Assembly: GCA_023487035.1 (NCBI GenBank)
Contig: JAMDEN010000083.1
Coordinates: 1 to 52,333 of the forward strand
Length of the DNA stretch: 52,333 bases
Direction: 5' to 3'
Origin: Actinomycetota bacterium
GTDB lineage: Bacteria > Actinomycetota > Humimicrobiia > Humimicrobiales > Humimicrobiaceae
The position numbers and the translations under genes were made by a program. A model generated the notes under the pieces. It worked only from the letters and a program-made list of their open reading frames with translations, had not been told where the DNA came from and did not search any database. Within the stretch, counting starts at the first letter, position 1, and each line of letters begins with the position of its first letter. Positions 1 to 12,036 of the stretch are shown here, one piece after another.

Positions 1-331
1 GAAATATTAAATCAATCTTATATCTCATCCAGAATGTATGAATGCTGTTGCAATTTTCAATTACAAATCCCTGATTATTCTTTAAGTTTTTAAATATAAG
101 ACCAAAAAGCCTGCTGAAAAAATTATTCGCAAATAATAATTCACTGCAAATTAATTTATATTCATCATTATCATCATATTTATCATTTTTATTATTATAC
201 CCATAAATATTTTTGTTGGAATTATCACTAATATTGTTATTTTTAGCATCATTATTGCCGATATCATAATTCAAAGCATCATCACTATTATCGTTGTTAG
301 GATTAGTAATAATTTTTTTATAAAGCTTCAT
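1..331 (-). CDS. DUF192 family protein, runs off the left edge; Asn/Asp-rich N-terminal insert
   Basis: Manual translation from ATG at 331: MKLYKKIITNPNNDNSDD...ICSELLFANNFFSRLFGLIF...ENCNSIHTFWMRYKIDLIF. The FFSRLxGL and IHTFxMRxxIDLIF motifs fit DUF192. Not in the ORF track. Confidence 0.8.
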   Translation of the reverse strand, partial: MKLYKKIITNPNNDNSDDALNYDIGNNDAKNNNISDNSNKNIYGYNNKNDKYDDNDEYKLICSELLFANNFFSRLFGLIFKNLKNNQGFVIENCNSIHTFWMRYKIDLIF

Positions 332-806
332 TTAATTTTTCCAATTTCTATAATAAACTTTATCTTAAATCCTTTATAAATATCAAGTTTATAATAAATC
401 TTTTTTATTTAAAATTTGCAATATTCAACTTAGTCGCAATTTCTGAGCGAAGCTCGAACTTTTTCTGAACTACAACCTCTGTGCTCTGACAAGTATAAAC
501 CTGCTCCGTCGCTCTTGCTGAGCGAAACAGGAAGGCAAAATTCCTTCCCCCAATCCCATTCCTTTTTGTCTGCCTGCAGAAAATCCCGGAGCATTTTTTC
601 GGACAGTAGGATCTCAAATTGTGTGGTGGGTGAAGTCAGGAAAAATTTCTCAGGTATTCTTTAATTCTTTCATGATCTTCGCTTTCTTTGTCGCCCTTAA
701 AATATAGTCAAGAGTAATGTAAATAAATTATACATCCCGCTTGCTTTCTATCGAAAACAGTTCGAGCAATCAAACCTATTATCCTGAAAATTCGCAATGT
801 TTTGTA

Positions 807-885
807 TGGTCGGGATGGAGAGATTTGAACTCTCGACCTCAGCGTCCCGAACGCTGCGCGCTAAACCAAGCTGCGCTACATCCCG
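807..885 (-). tRNA. tRNA-Pro (anticodon CGG)
   Basis: Reverse complement CGGGATGTAGCGCAGCTTGGTTTAGCGCGCAGCGTTCGGGACGCTGAGGTCGAGAGTTCAAATCTCTCCATCCCGACCA; anticodon arm CAGCG-TTCGGGA-CGCTG, GTTCAAATC T-arm, encoded CCA. Confidence 0.97.
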
Positions 886-1125
886 ATAATCATCCGATAA
901 AAAATCAGATAATAAATAATATATTACAAATAATATATATCTGACTATTAAACTATTAAGATATTTATATAATAAAAACAATACTTATTAATATTAAGAT
1001 AAAATAATAATTTTAACTATATTTAAATTTCAATACAATTATTTTTTTATTTTAACCTGTAAGCACTTTAAATTATAAGCCAAATTTAAAATATTAAAAT
1101 TACTTTCGCTTTATGAACTTTAAAT

Positions 1126-2391
1126 TTATGAACATTTCAAGTTTTTTAAAATTTTTGCAGCATCTTCAAAAGTATTTATTTTAAAGAACTCATGCTTAAT
1201 ACTTGAAATATCCTTTTTGCCTTTAAAAGCCCATCCCAAAATTTTTCTGAATTCTTTTACAGCTTTTCCCTCGCCTTTAAAAAGAATTAAAAATTTAAGA
1301 TATAAAAGCATGTAATCTGCCTTTAAATTATTACTTATTAAAAACCTTAAATTTACTAAGCTATCATTAGCCTCACTGCCATTAGTAAAATCATTTGCCT
1401 CACCACTATTAGCAAATTTAAGTAAAGTATACTGATTTTTCTTTAAAATAATATTTTTTTTAACATTATAATTCTTAATATTTAAATTATTGTTTGAGAC
1501 CAATAGCCCTAAAAGTAACTGCAGAAAAATCCATGGGTTTCCTCTTGCTGCTCTTCCTATCATCAAGCCATCACACCCTGTATATTCCATAACCCATTTT
1601 GCTTTATTTAAATTATCAATATCTCCACTTGCTATAACAGGAATATTAACAATGCTTTTTACCTTTTTAATATATTCATAATCAGCTTTTCCCGAATAAC
1701 CCTGCTTTACCGTTCTGCCATGAACTGATATTGCGTCAACTCCCTCGCCTTCTGCAATTTTTGCAATTCCAAGTATATTAATTTTGTTTTCATCCCATCC
1801 AATTCTTAATTTAACTGTTACCGGTTTTTTTATCTTTCTCTTAACTTTTTTTATAATTTTACCAATAGTTTCGGGTTCATTTAATAAATACCCTCCACTT
1901 TTTGTTTTTAACACTTTTGGAACAGGGCATCCCATATTTATGTCGATTATATCCGCATTTTCTTCGATTAAACTTGCAGCTTCTGCAATTACATTCGCAT
2001 CATTTCCAAAAATCTGAATTGCACATGGTTTTTCATAATCAGTTAGTTTTGTAATTTCAAAAGATTTTGCATGGTTATATATTAATCCATAGCTAGTTAC
2101 CATTTCTGAAAATGTGAGTGAGCAACCAGGATATTTTGCAAAAATCCTGTAAGTATTATCACTAATACCAGCCATTGGAGCAGCTATAACAGGATTATTT
2201 ATATTAACTGAAGAAATTTTAAAAGAATTGAATTTTATTTTTGAAAAATCCCCATCAACATCATCAACAATATCTGAATTTTCATCTTTAAAATTTATAT
2301 CATAAAAATCTGATAATTCTAGAAATAAAAGCTTATTTATTTCTTTAAATTTAAATATAAGTTTTTCTAATTCTTTCTTTTCATAATCCAT
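1126..2391 (-). CDS. dusB: tRNA-dihydrouridine synthase (DusB/NifR3 family)
   Basis: APMAGISD, SEMV, QIFG, DINMGCP, VKLRIG, VHGRT, SGDI and MIGRAARGNPW motifs. Confidence 0.92.
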   Translation of the reverse strand: MDYEKKELEKLIFKFKEINKLLFLELSDFYDINFKDENSDIVDDVDGDFSKIKFNSFKISSVNINNPVIAAPMAGISDNTYRIFAKYPGCSLTFSEMVTSYGLIYNHAKSFEITKLTDYEKPCAIQIFGNDANVIAEAASLIEENADIIDINMGCPVPKVLKTKSGGYLLNEPETIGKIIKKVKRKIKKPVTVKLRIGWDENKINILGIAKIAEGEGVDAISVHGRTVKQGYSGKADYEYIKKVKSIVNIPVIASGDIDNLNKAKWVMEYTGCDGLMIGRAARGNPWIFLQLLLGLLVSNNNLNIKNYNVKKNIILKKNQYTLLKFANSGEANDFTNGSEANDSLVNLRFLISNNLKADYMLLYLKFLILFKGEGKAVKEFRKILGWAFKGKKDISSIKHEFFKINTFEDAAKILKNLKCS

Positions 2392-2419
2392 TATTCATAA
2401 TTTATATTAATTAAAATAA

Positions 2420-3226
2420 TCAGCATTTATCTTCTTTTTTAATCTTATTCATATCATTTAATATTTTTATTCCTTTAAGAGTTAAATCATCATCAAATAT
2501 TTTTATATATTTACTTTTATTTTTTAGCAAATAAGACAATCCACCTGTTCCAATAATTAATGGGTTAAAATCTTCTTTACCATTTTTTTCTTCTTCAATT
2601 ATTTTTTCAATTATATAATCAACCTGACCAAGAAAACCAAATAATATCCCGGAACGTAATCCATCATAAGTATTTTTACCAATTATTTTTTCGGGCCAGC
2701 TTAAATCAACTTTTGAAAGCTTTGCTGCATACTTAAAAAGAGCTTCAGATGATATTTCAATACCAGGTGTAATTACTCCTCCAATATAATTTCCCTCATC
2801 TGATACAATATCAAATGTTGTAGCTGTTCCAAAATCTGCTACTATGGCAGGAAACCCATAAAGTTTTTTTGCTGCAATAGAGTTTGCTATCCTGTCAGAA
2901 CCAACCTCCATCGGATAATCATATATTATTTTTAATCCTGTTTTAACAGAACTGTTAATTATAAACGGCTCACACTTAAAATATTTCATACTCATTTTCT
3001 TTATTTCTTCAAGCATTCTTGGTACAACACTTGAAATTGCTATCTCCTCCACGCTTAAAGCATCGTAGCCTGAATTATTAAGAAAATTTAATAGTATTGA
3101 TCCTATCTCATCTGCCGTTTCATACCTGTATTTTGGAGTCCCCAGCCTCCATGTTGCTAAAATATCATCATCTTCAAATAAGCCTATAACAGTATGAGTA
3201 TTACCAACATCAATTGCTAAAAGCAT
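2420..3226 (-). CDS. coaX: Type III pantothenate kinase
   Basis: LLAIDVGNT, VGSDR, DFGTATTFD, GGVITPG and GTGG motifs. Confidence 0.95.
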   Translation of the reverse strand: MLLAIDVGNTHTVIGLFEDDDILATWRLGTPKYRYETADEIGSILLNFLNNSGYDALSVEEIAISSVVPRMLEEIKKMSMKYFKCEPFIINSSVKTGLKIIYDYPMEVGSDRIANSIAAKKLYGFPAIVADFGTATTFDIVSDEGNYIGGVITPGIEISSEALFKYAAKLSKVDLSWPEKIIGKNTYDGLRSGILFGFLGQVDYIIEKIIEEEKNGKEDFNPLIIGTGGLSYLLKNKSKYIKIFDDDLTLKGIKILNDMNKIKKEDKC

Positions 3227-3318
3227 TTTAGTCTCCTATTTTATAAAAAAATTAACAAAAATAATTAATAAAAACCGATAAACAATTAATTTGTCAAATT
3301 AAATAAATTAAAATAAAT

Positions 3319-3533
3319 TGTACTATCTAAAAGAACTGTTTACAGTTTATATTTAATGGCTTTTAGATAATATAATAAAATTAAAAAATTTATTTAATAA
3401 ATGTTACAAATATAACTAAAATAAGATTAATATTAAGGTTTATGTAACATATAAAAAAATTATATTTTTTAAAATATTTGTTATCTCTTTACTTTTATTA
3501 TAAAAACTGTAAACACCAAGCTTAGATAGTACA
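3319..3533. mobile_element. 215-bp non-autonomous element (MITE) with TGT...ACA ends, probably derived from an IS481-like family
   Basis: Terminal inverted repeat TGTACTATCTAA-N6-TGTTTACAGTTT at 3319-3348 and its reverse complement at 3504-3533; flanking direct repeat AATAAAT at 3312-3318 and 3534-3540; no ORF inside. Confidence 0.7.
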
Positions 3534-3708
3534 AATAAATTAATACTAATAAAAGTAGTTTCTGATGAATAAATCAACATTTTGGAAAAATCATTAAAAT
3601 TTTAGCTTAAATTCTTTAAATATTTTTAATTTTTTCCAATTATTCAGCATTAAATAAGTAATTATGAGTTATTATAAATTAATCTAAAAAAATAAAAAGA
3701 GACAGCTT

Positions 3709-4551
3709 TTAAACATTAACATAACTTCTAAAAGAAAGAGGAAGATCAAGTCCATTTTCAAGAAGAAATTCTTTATTTTTTAAAATTTCTTTTGTTATTC
3801 CATCATAAACAATTTCACCATTATTTAATATTATACATCTTTCTGAAAATTCATAAGCCAAATCCATATCATGAGTTGAAATAATCATTGTTTTGTTTAA
3901 TGACTTTATTAAATTAATAAAATTCTCTCTGTTTTTCGGATCAAGATTACTGGACGGTTCATCCAAAATTAATATTTTTGGATTATAAGATAAAGCGGTA
4001 GCAAGAGCAGCTAATTTTTTTTCACCGAAGCTTAAAAAATGAGGAATCTCGTCTTCTTTATTTTTTAAATTTACTTTGTTTAATGTTTCAATAACAGTAT
4101 CTTTAATATATTGCATATTACTTGCTCTTAAATCATTATTTTTTTTAAGAAAATTAACAAGACCGAATGCAACATCTTCAAATACCGAAGTTGAAAAAAG
4201 CTGATCATCAGGATTTTGAAAAACAAATCCTATATTTTCTCTAATATCATAAATATTTTTTAAATTCATTTGCTTACCAAAAATATAAATATTACCACCA
4301 CCGGAATTGTTTTTGTTTTCTTTCAAGTATTCTTCCATAAGCCCGGCAATATTTAATAATAAGGTTGATTTACCAGCTCCATTTGGTCCGATAATAGATA
4401 TTTTTTCACCAACATTAACAGTAAAATTTATATTTTTTAAAACTTCTTTATAAGACAGGATATGATAATTCTGTCTTTTTGCCTGCATATATCTAAAGCT
4501 GAAATTTTCAACTTTAATAGCTTCAGTAATAAAATTAAAATTTTCTTCCAA
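3709..4551 (-). CDS. cbiO: ECF transporter ATPase (CbiO/NikO)
   Basis: GPNGAGKS, VFQNPDDQLF, LSFGEKK, LILDEP and THD motifs; position in an MNQO operon. Confidence 0.9.
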   Translation of the reverse strand: MEENFNFITEAIKVENFSFRYMQAKRQNYHILSYKEVLKNINFTVNVGEKISIIGPNGAGKSTLLLNIAGLMEEYLKENKNNSGGGNIYIFGKQMNLKNIYDIRENIGFVFQNPDDQLFSTSVFEDVAFGLVNFLKKNNDLRASNMQYIKDTVIETLNKVNLKNKEDEIPHFLSFGEKKLAALATALSYNPKILILDEPSSNLDPKNRENFINLIKSLNKTMIISTHDMDLAYEFSERCIILNNGEIVYDGITKEILKNKEFLLENGLDLPLSFRSYVNV

Positions 4552-4619
4552 TTGTAATCCTTGATTTAGTAATGAATTATTATTTATTAAAAATTAAAAT
4601 AATTTTTTAATAAATAAGA

Positions 4620-5387
4620 TTATAACAATAGAAAATGTTTTATAAAAGGGAAATTAATAAAGCTAATAATTCTTATCAGAATATCGAAAAATAATAAAGA
4701 TACGATTACTGCAATTCCAGCCAAGCTGATTTTTTGATTTTCAGCTAAAGAATAAAAACTTCCATCAAAACCTCTTGATTGCATAGCCATAAAAATATTT
4801 TCTGCTCTTGTAAAAGTTCTAATAAACAAATTACCAATAAGATAAGCTGTTTTTTTGTCTGCAATAAAACCTGATTTCTTAAACATTCTGGAATTAATTG
4901 CTCTTTTACCTATTTCAAATTCGTCTTTAAACAAAAAAAGATATCTATACATCAGAAATATTATTGAGACAACTATCTTAGGAACATAAAGTTTTCTTAA
5001 ACCCCAGAAAATTTCTCTTTCATCAGTTGAAGTAATTAGTGCACAAAGAAGAAATAAAGACAAAAAAGATTTAATTAACACTGAATAAAAAGTTATCAAC
5101 CCATTATCTGTTATATGAATTTTAATAAAATTTAAATTAATTTCATATAATATAATACCCTTGCTGGCAAAAGGTATAAAAATTGAAAGAAAAAAAGGAA
5201 TTAAAAACAACTTAAAAAGTCTTTTTACAAATTTTAAAAAATCAGGTTTAAATAAAATAGAAATAATAATAGCTAAAACAAAATAAAAACAAAAAATATT
5301 ATAGCTGGCTTTACCAACACTTACTATAAAAAAAATAGTAACTATTGTAATAATTAATTTTACTCTTATATCTATTATATCTTTCAT
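4620..5387 (-). CDS. cbiQ: ECF transmembrane T component (CbiQ/NikQ)
   Basis: Hydrophobic; MYRY and RAENIFMAMQSRGFDG T-component motifs. Confidence 0.88.
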   Translation of the reverse strand: MKDIIDIRVKLIITIVTIFFIVSVGKASYNIFCFYFVLAIIISILFKPDFLKFVKRLFKLFLIPFFLSIFIPFASKGIILYEINLNFIKIHITDNGLITFYSVLIKSFLSLFLLCALITSTDEREIFWGLRKLYVPKIVVSIIFLMYRYLFLFKDEFEIGKRAINSRMFKKSGFIADKKTAYLIGNLFIRTFTRAENIFMAMQSRGFDGSFYSLAENQKISLAGIAVIVSLLFFDILIRIISFINFPFIKHFLLL

Positions 5388-5552
5388 AAAAATATTATGT
5401 TTTTAATAAAAATTCATAAAAAAACTTGTTTTTAAATTTTTAATTTTTTAATCTTATAAAACAAAATAAATCATTAAAATGAAATTAATCAGCATGTGAA
5501 ATGTTTAATAAAGTATTTTCGTATTTTTATTTTCGTATCTTTTTTAATTTAT

Positions 5553-5876
5553 TTAATGCTTATTTTTTAAATTTTTATTTTTATTTATCAAAAAAGTTAT
5601 TACATAAATTAAAGCAAAAACTACAAAAATAATTAAAACTCCAAAAAATCCAGCAAGAGAAGTTTGCCAGAAAGTGCTTTTTATACCAGGAAATGAATAA
5701 TCCGGTATTATAAATTTAATATTTACAAGATTTGCTGCTTTATCTGCAAAACCTAGTTTATCTGCTACTTTTTCAAGCCCATCAGGATACTTTGATGCTA
5801 AAGGGGATAAAAACAAACCAACAAAAATCGCTGCTATTGCAATAATTATAATAAATATTTTATCTTTCATTTTCAT
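5553..5876 (-). CDS. PDGLE-domain membrane protein (NikN/CbiN-type ECF accessory subunit)
   Basis: ASKYPDGLEKVA and PDY between two transmembrane helices; lies between cbiM and cbiQ. Confidence 0.88.
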   Translation of the reverse strand: MKMKDKIFIIIIAIAAIFVGLFLSPLASKYPDGLEKVADKLGFADKAANLVNIKFIIPDYSFPGIKSTFWQTSLAGFFGVLIIFVVFALIYVITFLINKNKNLKNKH

Positions 5877-6055
5877 AGTAACTCTCTTTACTTTAATTAT
5901 TTTTTTACTTTGTTTTAGTTTTAATTAATTTATTAAAATATATTTATAATGATCTTTTATTTTTTAATATAAATGCTGTTGTGATTCTATTAATAAATTT
6001 ATTAATTATCTTTTATATTTTTTATTTATTATTTGACTATAATATTTATCTTATT

Positions 6056-6730
6056 TTACTTATTATTTTCTTTAGCTTCTATTAAAGCAGGTTTATCCCA
6101 ATTTCTTGTAAGTATAATATCCGGCTTAACTTTATCAATAAATGCAATTACCAGAGTGGTTATAATTGCTTCACCAACTCCGATTAACATATGGATGGGA
6201 ACCATGGATCCCAGAGTAATACCAAGAGAATAAGTACCTGAAATTGCAAGTTCAAAGCTGCAAAAAGTTGCAGCAACTACTACAGAAAACCATGAAGAAA
6301 AAGCTACAGCAGTATAAAAAACAGCACGTGACTTCGAAAACCTTGTAATAAGTTTATATATCATATAAGCACTTATAACGCCTACTATTGCCATATTAAA
6401 AACATTTGCTCCAAGTGCAGTAATACCGCCATCTCCAAATGCAAAAGCCTGCACTATTAAAACAATTGTTATGATAATTCCACCAGCATAAGGTCCTAAA
6501 ATAATAGAAACTAATGCTGCACCTAATAAATGTCCGGAAGTTCCTCCAATTATTGTAAAATTAATCATTTGTGCTGCAAAAACTAAAGCTGCAAAAACAC
6601 CCATAACTACAACTACTCTTGCCCTGAAAAATTGCTTCACCTTAATTATTGCTACAATAAATCCTGATAAAGAAAATATTCCTGTACCTGCAGCAGTTTT
6701 CAAATCAATAAAGCCATCTGGAATATGCAT
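6056..6730 (-). CDS. cbiM: Ni/Co ECF substrate component (CbiM/NikM)
   Basis: N-terminal MHIPDG; GTSGHLLG, DGGITALGAN and GVGEA motifs. Confidence 0.93.
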   Translation of the reverse strand: MHIPDGFIDLKTAAGTGIFSLSGFIVAIIKVKQFFRARVVVVMGVFAALVFAAQMINFTIIGGTSGHLLGAALVSIILGPYAGGIIITIVLIVQAFAFGDGGITALGANVFNMAIVGVISAYMIYKLITRFSKSRAVFYTAVAFSSWFSVVVAATFCSFELAISGTYSLGITLGSMVPIHMLIGVGEAIITTLVIAFIDKVKPDIILTRNWDKPALIEAKENNK

Positions 6731-6761
6731 TCACAATCCTTTCTTAAGTTATTTTAGCTAA

Positions 6762-6792
6762 AAGTGTTACTTTTTTAAAAAAAATAACACTT
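6762..6792. promoter_or_regulatory. Palindromic operator upstream of cbiM/nikM, NikR-like
   Basis: AAGTGTTAC-N13-ATAACACTT inverted repeat about 30 bp upstream of the ATG. Confidence 0.6.
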
Positions 6793-6887
6793 ATTTATAT
6801 TAGCACTTAACAATTATGATAGCAACAAAAATAATAGAAATTTTTAAAAAAATTTTTTATAAAAAAATATTAAAGTGGAAATAAGAG

Positions 6888-6982
6888 GTAGCTAATAAAT
6901 TACATCTATAACATGTCGTAACACAGCTTCTTCTGGCAGAGGTTTTAAAAGTAGCTAATAAATTACATTTAGAGCATGTGGT
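6888..6982. repeat. Imperfect ~32-bp direct repeat (63-bp period) overlapping the folK stop
   Basis: GTAGCTAATAAATTACAT is identical at 6888-6905 and 6951-6968; similarity continues CTATAACATGTCGT / TTAGAGCATGTGGT. Confidence 0.75.
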
Positions 6983-7859
6983 TTATTTTTATTACCTTAT
7001 CAGAAAAGTTTTTTATTTTTATATATTCATTAATATCCATATCATTTATCTTAAAATCTGGAGCTATTTCTGATAAAGGAATTAAAACAAAATTTCTTTC
7101 AGATAATTTCGGGTGAGGAATTTTTAAAATATCTGAATCTATATTTAATCCCTCAATAAATAAAATATCAATATCGATTATTCTTGGACCGTTTTTTATA
7201 ATCTGATTTTCTCTTCCCATTTCAAATTCAATATTCTTAATATTTCCAAGAATCACAAAAGGATTAATTGAATTTTTAATTGCAGTTTTTATAACAATAT
7301 TATAAAAATTTTCCTGTTCTTTATAGTACATGGGTTCAGTTTCATATATAGATGAAACTTTTAAAATTTCAAAAACAGCGGATTCATTTATCATTTTTAA
7401 TGCTTTTTTAATATTTTCTAGCTTATTTCCTTTATTTGTGCCAATTGAAAGATATATGATTCTGTAATTTTCAGATTTTTGAGACTTTTGATTAAATTTA
7501 TTTAATGTTAAGTTAAAAGAGACACCAACACTATCAAGCTTTTCATCTATAGGCGGATTTATTTTTTCTACTTTAACTTTTACCTTGCTAATTAAAGAGG
7601 ATAACTCAAAAATTTTATAACAAATTTTCTCTGCTAAGGTTTCAAGCAAATTAAATTTGTTACTGGAATTAATTTCTTTTATTATTTTTATAACTTCAGA
7701 ATAATTTACCGTTTCAGATAAATTATCAATCCCGTTAAAGCTACCTTTATTTATTATTATTCCAACATTAAAAACAAAATACTGTCCTTCTTCTTTTTCT
7801 TCAGGTTTTACTCCATGATAACCATATAAGCTTAAATTTTTAATAAATATTTTAAACAT
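6969..7859 (-). CDS. folK: Bifunctional dihydroneopterin aldolase / HPPK (FolB-FolK fusion)
   Basis: N-half YGYHGV..E, TVNYS and LLETLA (FolB); C-half LSIGTN, SSIYETEP, GPRIIDIDIL and PHP..ERNFVL (FolK). Confidence 0.93.
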   Translation of the reverse strand: MFKIFIKNLSLYGYHGVKPEEKEEGQYFVFNVGIIINKGSFNGIDNLSETVNYSEVIKIIKEINSSNKFNLLETLAEKICYKIFELSSLISKVKVKVEKINPPIDEKLDSVGVSFNLTLNKFNQKSQKSENYRIIYLSIGTNKGNKLENIKKALKMINESAVFEILKVSSIYETEPMYYKEQENFYNIVIKTAIKNSINPFVILGNIKNIEFEMGRENQIIKNGPRIIDIDILFIEGLNIDSDILKIPHPKLSERNFVLIPLSEIAPDFKINDMDINEYIKIKNFSDKVIKINHML

Positions 7860-9060
7860 TTTGAATTGCCTTCACAAGACTAATAGCTTTTATTGTTTCT
7901 TTCACGTCATGCACTCTTAAAATACTTGCACCATTTAAAACACAAATAGTTGCTGCTGCAAGACTGCTCTCTAACCTTTCATTTGGGGGCAAATTTAATA
8001 ATGCTCCTGTAAAAGATTTTCTTGAAGCCCCAATTAAAATAGGATAGCCAAGAGATTTAAAATCAGCTAATTTTTTTATGATTATAAAGTTATGCTCAAG
8101 AGTTTTTCCAAAACCTAATCCCGGATCAATGATTATATTTTCTGATTTTATCCCGGCTTCTAAAGCAAGAAGAATCTGATTATTAAAAAAATTATAAATT
8201 TCACCAGTTACATCTTTATATGAAGGGTTTTCCTGCATATTTTGCGGGTTACCCTGCATGTGCATCAAAACTAAATAAGAACCGGAATCTGCTATAATCT
8301 TTTTTAAATCTTTATCAAAATTAAGTCCGCTTATATCATTTACAATTTCAGCACCTGCTTGTATTGCTTCACTGGCTACCTGGCTTCTGTAAGTATCAAT
8401 CGAAACTGATATATCGTAATTTTTTTTAATATAGCGCACTACAGGAATTGTTCTTTCAAGCTCATCTTCAAGGCTTACCGGTTTTGAACCAGGTCTTGTC
8501 GACATACCACCAACATCAATAATATCAGCACCTTCCCCAACAATTTTATCAACTCTTTTATATGCATCTTCAAGCTTAAAATATTCTCCTCCGTCAAAAA
8601 AAGAATCAGGAGTTACATTTACAATTCCCATTATTACTGTTTGTTTTTTAATATTAAATTCTTTTTTAGCAATTCTTAAAATATTATTTGCTTCATCTTT
8701 TTCAAGTTTATTTAAAAATTCTTCAAGTTCTAAAGATAAATTTTTTAATCCAAATGGCTGCAGCTTTATTTTTTCAACCATACTTCTGATATTTTTTTTC
8801 GTCCCGAAAATAATTACATCTGACTTACTTCCTGAAGAGTATAGTGCTTCCCTCGAAGTTACAACATCCCCATTCCTTACCAGCATTTCCTGCTTTAAAA
8901 TGTTTGCTGCTCTATTATCAATATCATCCACTTTAATAGCAATATTTATGATTTTTTCTGACATTATTTCTGCACCAGGAGGTGTTGCACCTATTTTTAT
9001 AAATTCATTAAATGCATCCGATTTATTATTTATAAATATCTGTCTTATCTTATAATTCAT
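7852..9060 (-). CDS. folP: Dihydropteroate synthase with ~130-aa N-terminal extension
   Basis: MGIVNVTPDSFFDGG, DVGGMSTRPG, SIDT, DPGLGFGK, SRKSF and RVHDV motifs. Confidence 0.95.
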   Translation of the reverse strand: MNYKIRQIFINNKSDAFNEFIKIGATPPGAEIMSEKIINIAIKVDDIDNRAANILKQEMLVRNGDVVTSREALYSSGSKSDVIIFGTKKNIRSMVEKIKLQPFGLKNLSLELEEFLNKLEKDEANNILRIAKKEFNIKKQTVIMGIVNVTPDSFFDGGEYFKLEDAYKRVDKIVGEGADIIDVGGMSTRPGSKPVSLEDELERTIPVVRYIKKNYDISVSIDTYRSQVASEAIQAGAEIVNDISGLNFDKDLKKIIADSGSYLVLMHMQGNPQNMQENPSYKDVTGEIYNFFNNQILLALEAGIKSENIIIDPGLGFGKTLEHNFIIIKKLADFKSLGYPILIGASRKSFTGALLNLPPNERLESSLAAATICVLNGASILRVHDVKETIKAISLVKAIQNV

Positions 9061-9346
9061 TTTTTTTATAATCTTTTAAAAAATTATTAGCTAAATCAGT
9101 TAATATAATTAGTATTTAAAAAATTTAAAAATTATTTTAATTAAGGCAGCTATAACTTAATGTAACTTATTTTAACTTCAGAATTATTGGAATAATTTAT
9201 AATTTATTACAATTAATTTATTATTAATTTATTACTCATTTCTTATTATCAATAATTAACCACATTATTACTGGTACCAGGTTTGATGTCTGCTTCTCTT
9301 TAATTTATGCTTGTCTTTTATTTCTTATTTTCTAATTATTAACTAC

Positions 9347-9913
9347 TTATCTATTATCTTTTATTAACGCAAATGCTTCAGCTCTTGAAGCAGCATTTCT
9401 TCTAAATAGTCCTCTTAAAGCAGATGTTATAGTAATAGTTCTTGGCTTTTTTACACCTCTCATGCTCATACAAAGATGTTCTGCTTCCACAATTACCAGA
9501 ACTGCTCTTGCCTGTAGCTTGGATTCAAGCATATCAGCTACTATAGTAGTCAACCTTTCCTGAACTTGAGGTCTTTTTGCAACAACATCAACAAGTCTTG
9601 TTATTTTTGATAAACCAGCTATCTCACCCTTAATATTAGGGATGTATGCAACATGAGCTTTACCTATAAAAGGAAGCAGATGATGTTCGCAAACAGAATA
9701 AAAAGGTATATCTTTAATTACAATAATCTCATCATGATTTTCATCAAACATTGAACTTATTACTTCAGAGGGGTTCTGATTTATGCCGGAAAATATTTCC
9801 TCATACATATCAGCAACCCTTCTTGGAGTATCTATAAGACCTTCCCTATTAAGGTCTTCACCAATTCCCTTTAAAATTAACCTTACACCTTCTTCAATTA
9901 ATTTCTTATCCAA
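9347..9913 (-). CDS. folE: GTP cyclohydrolase I
   Basis: TPRRVA, CEHHLLPF, GLSK, QVQERLT and HLCMSMRGV motifs; TTG start. Confidence 0.97.
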   Translation of the reverse strand: MDKKLIEEGVRLILKGIGEDLNREGLIDTPRRVADMYEEIFSGINQNPSEVISSMFDENHDEIIVIKDIPFYSVCEHHLLPFIGKAHVAYIPNIKGEIAGLSKITRLVDVVAKRPQVQERLTTIVADMLESKLQARAVLVIVEAEHLCMSMRGVKKPRTITITSALRGLFRRNAASRAEAFALIKDNR

Positions 9914-9934
9914 TTAAACCTTATTTCTACAAAA

Positions 9935-11878
<1,944 letters not shown>

Positions 11879-12036
11879 ATTAAATCAACTCCTGTTTATT
11901 AAAATTCAATTTCCCCCTAAAAAACTAAGTTAACAATATATAAAAATTCTTCAAAATATTCAAAATATAAAATAGCATTTCTAAAAACATCAAAAAAAAT
12001 TATCAGAACTAAAGCTAAACGACTATAATATAATAA

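Noticed and set aside
731-739. TACATCCCG matching the tRNA-Pro 5' end (8 bp of it also at 37551)
   Set aside because: Too short, and it matches the 5' rather than the 3' end usually duplicated at att sites.
405-981. Short ORFs 405-617, 741-944 and 748-981
   Set aside because: Two overlap tRNA-Pro and none has a recognisable motif, so they are not called as genes.
6731-6968. Cobalamin riboswitch upstream of cbiM
   Set aside because: The leader is AT-rich and shows no B12-box or conserved core.
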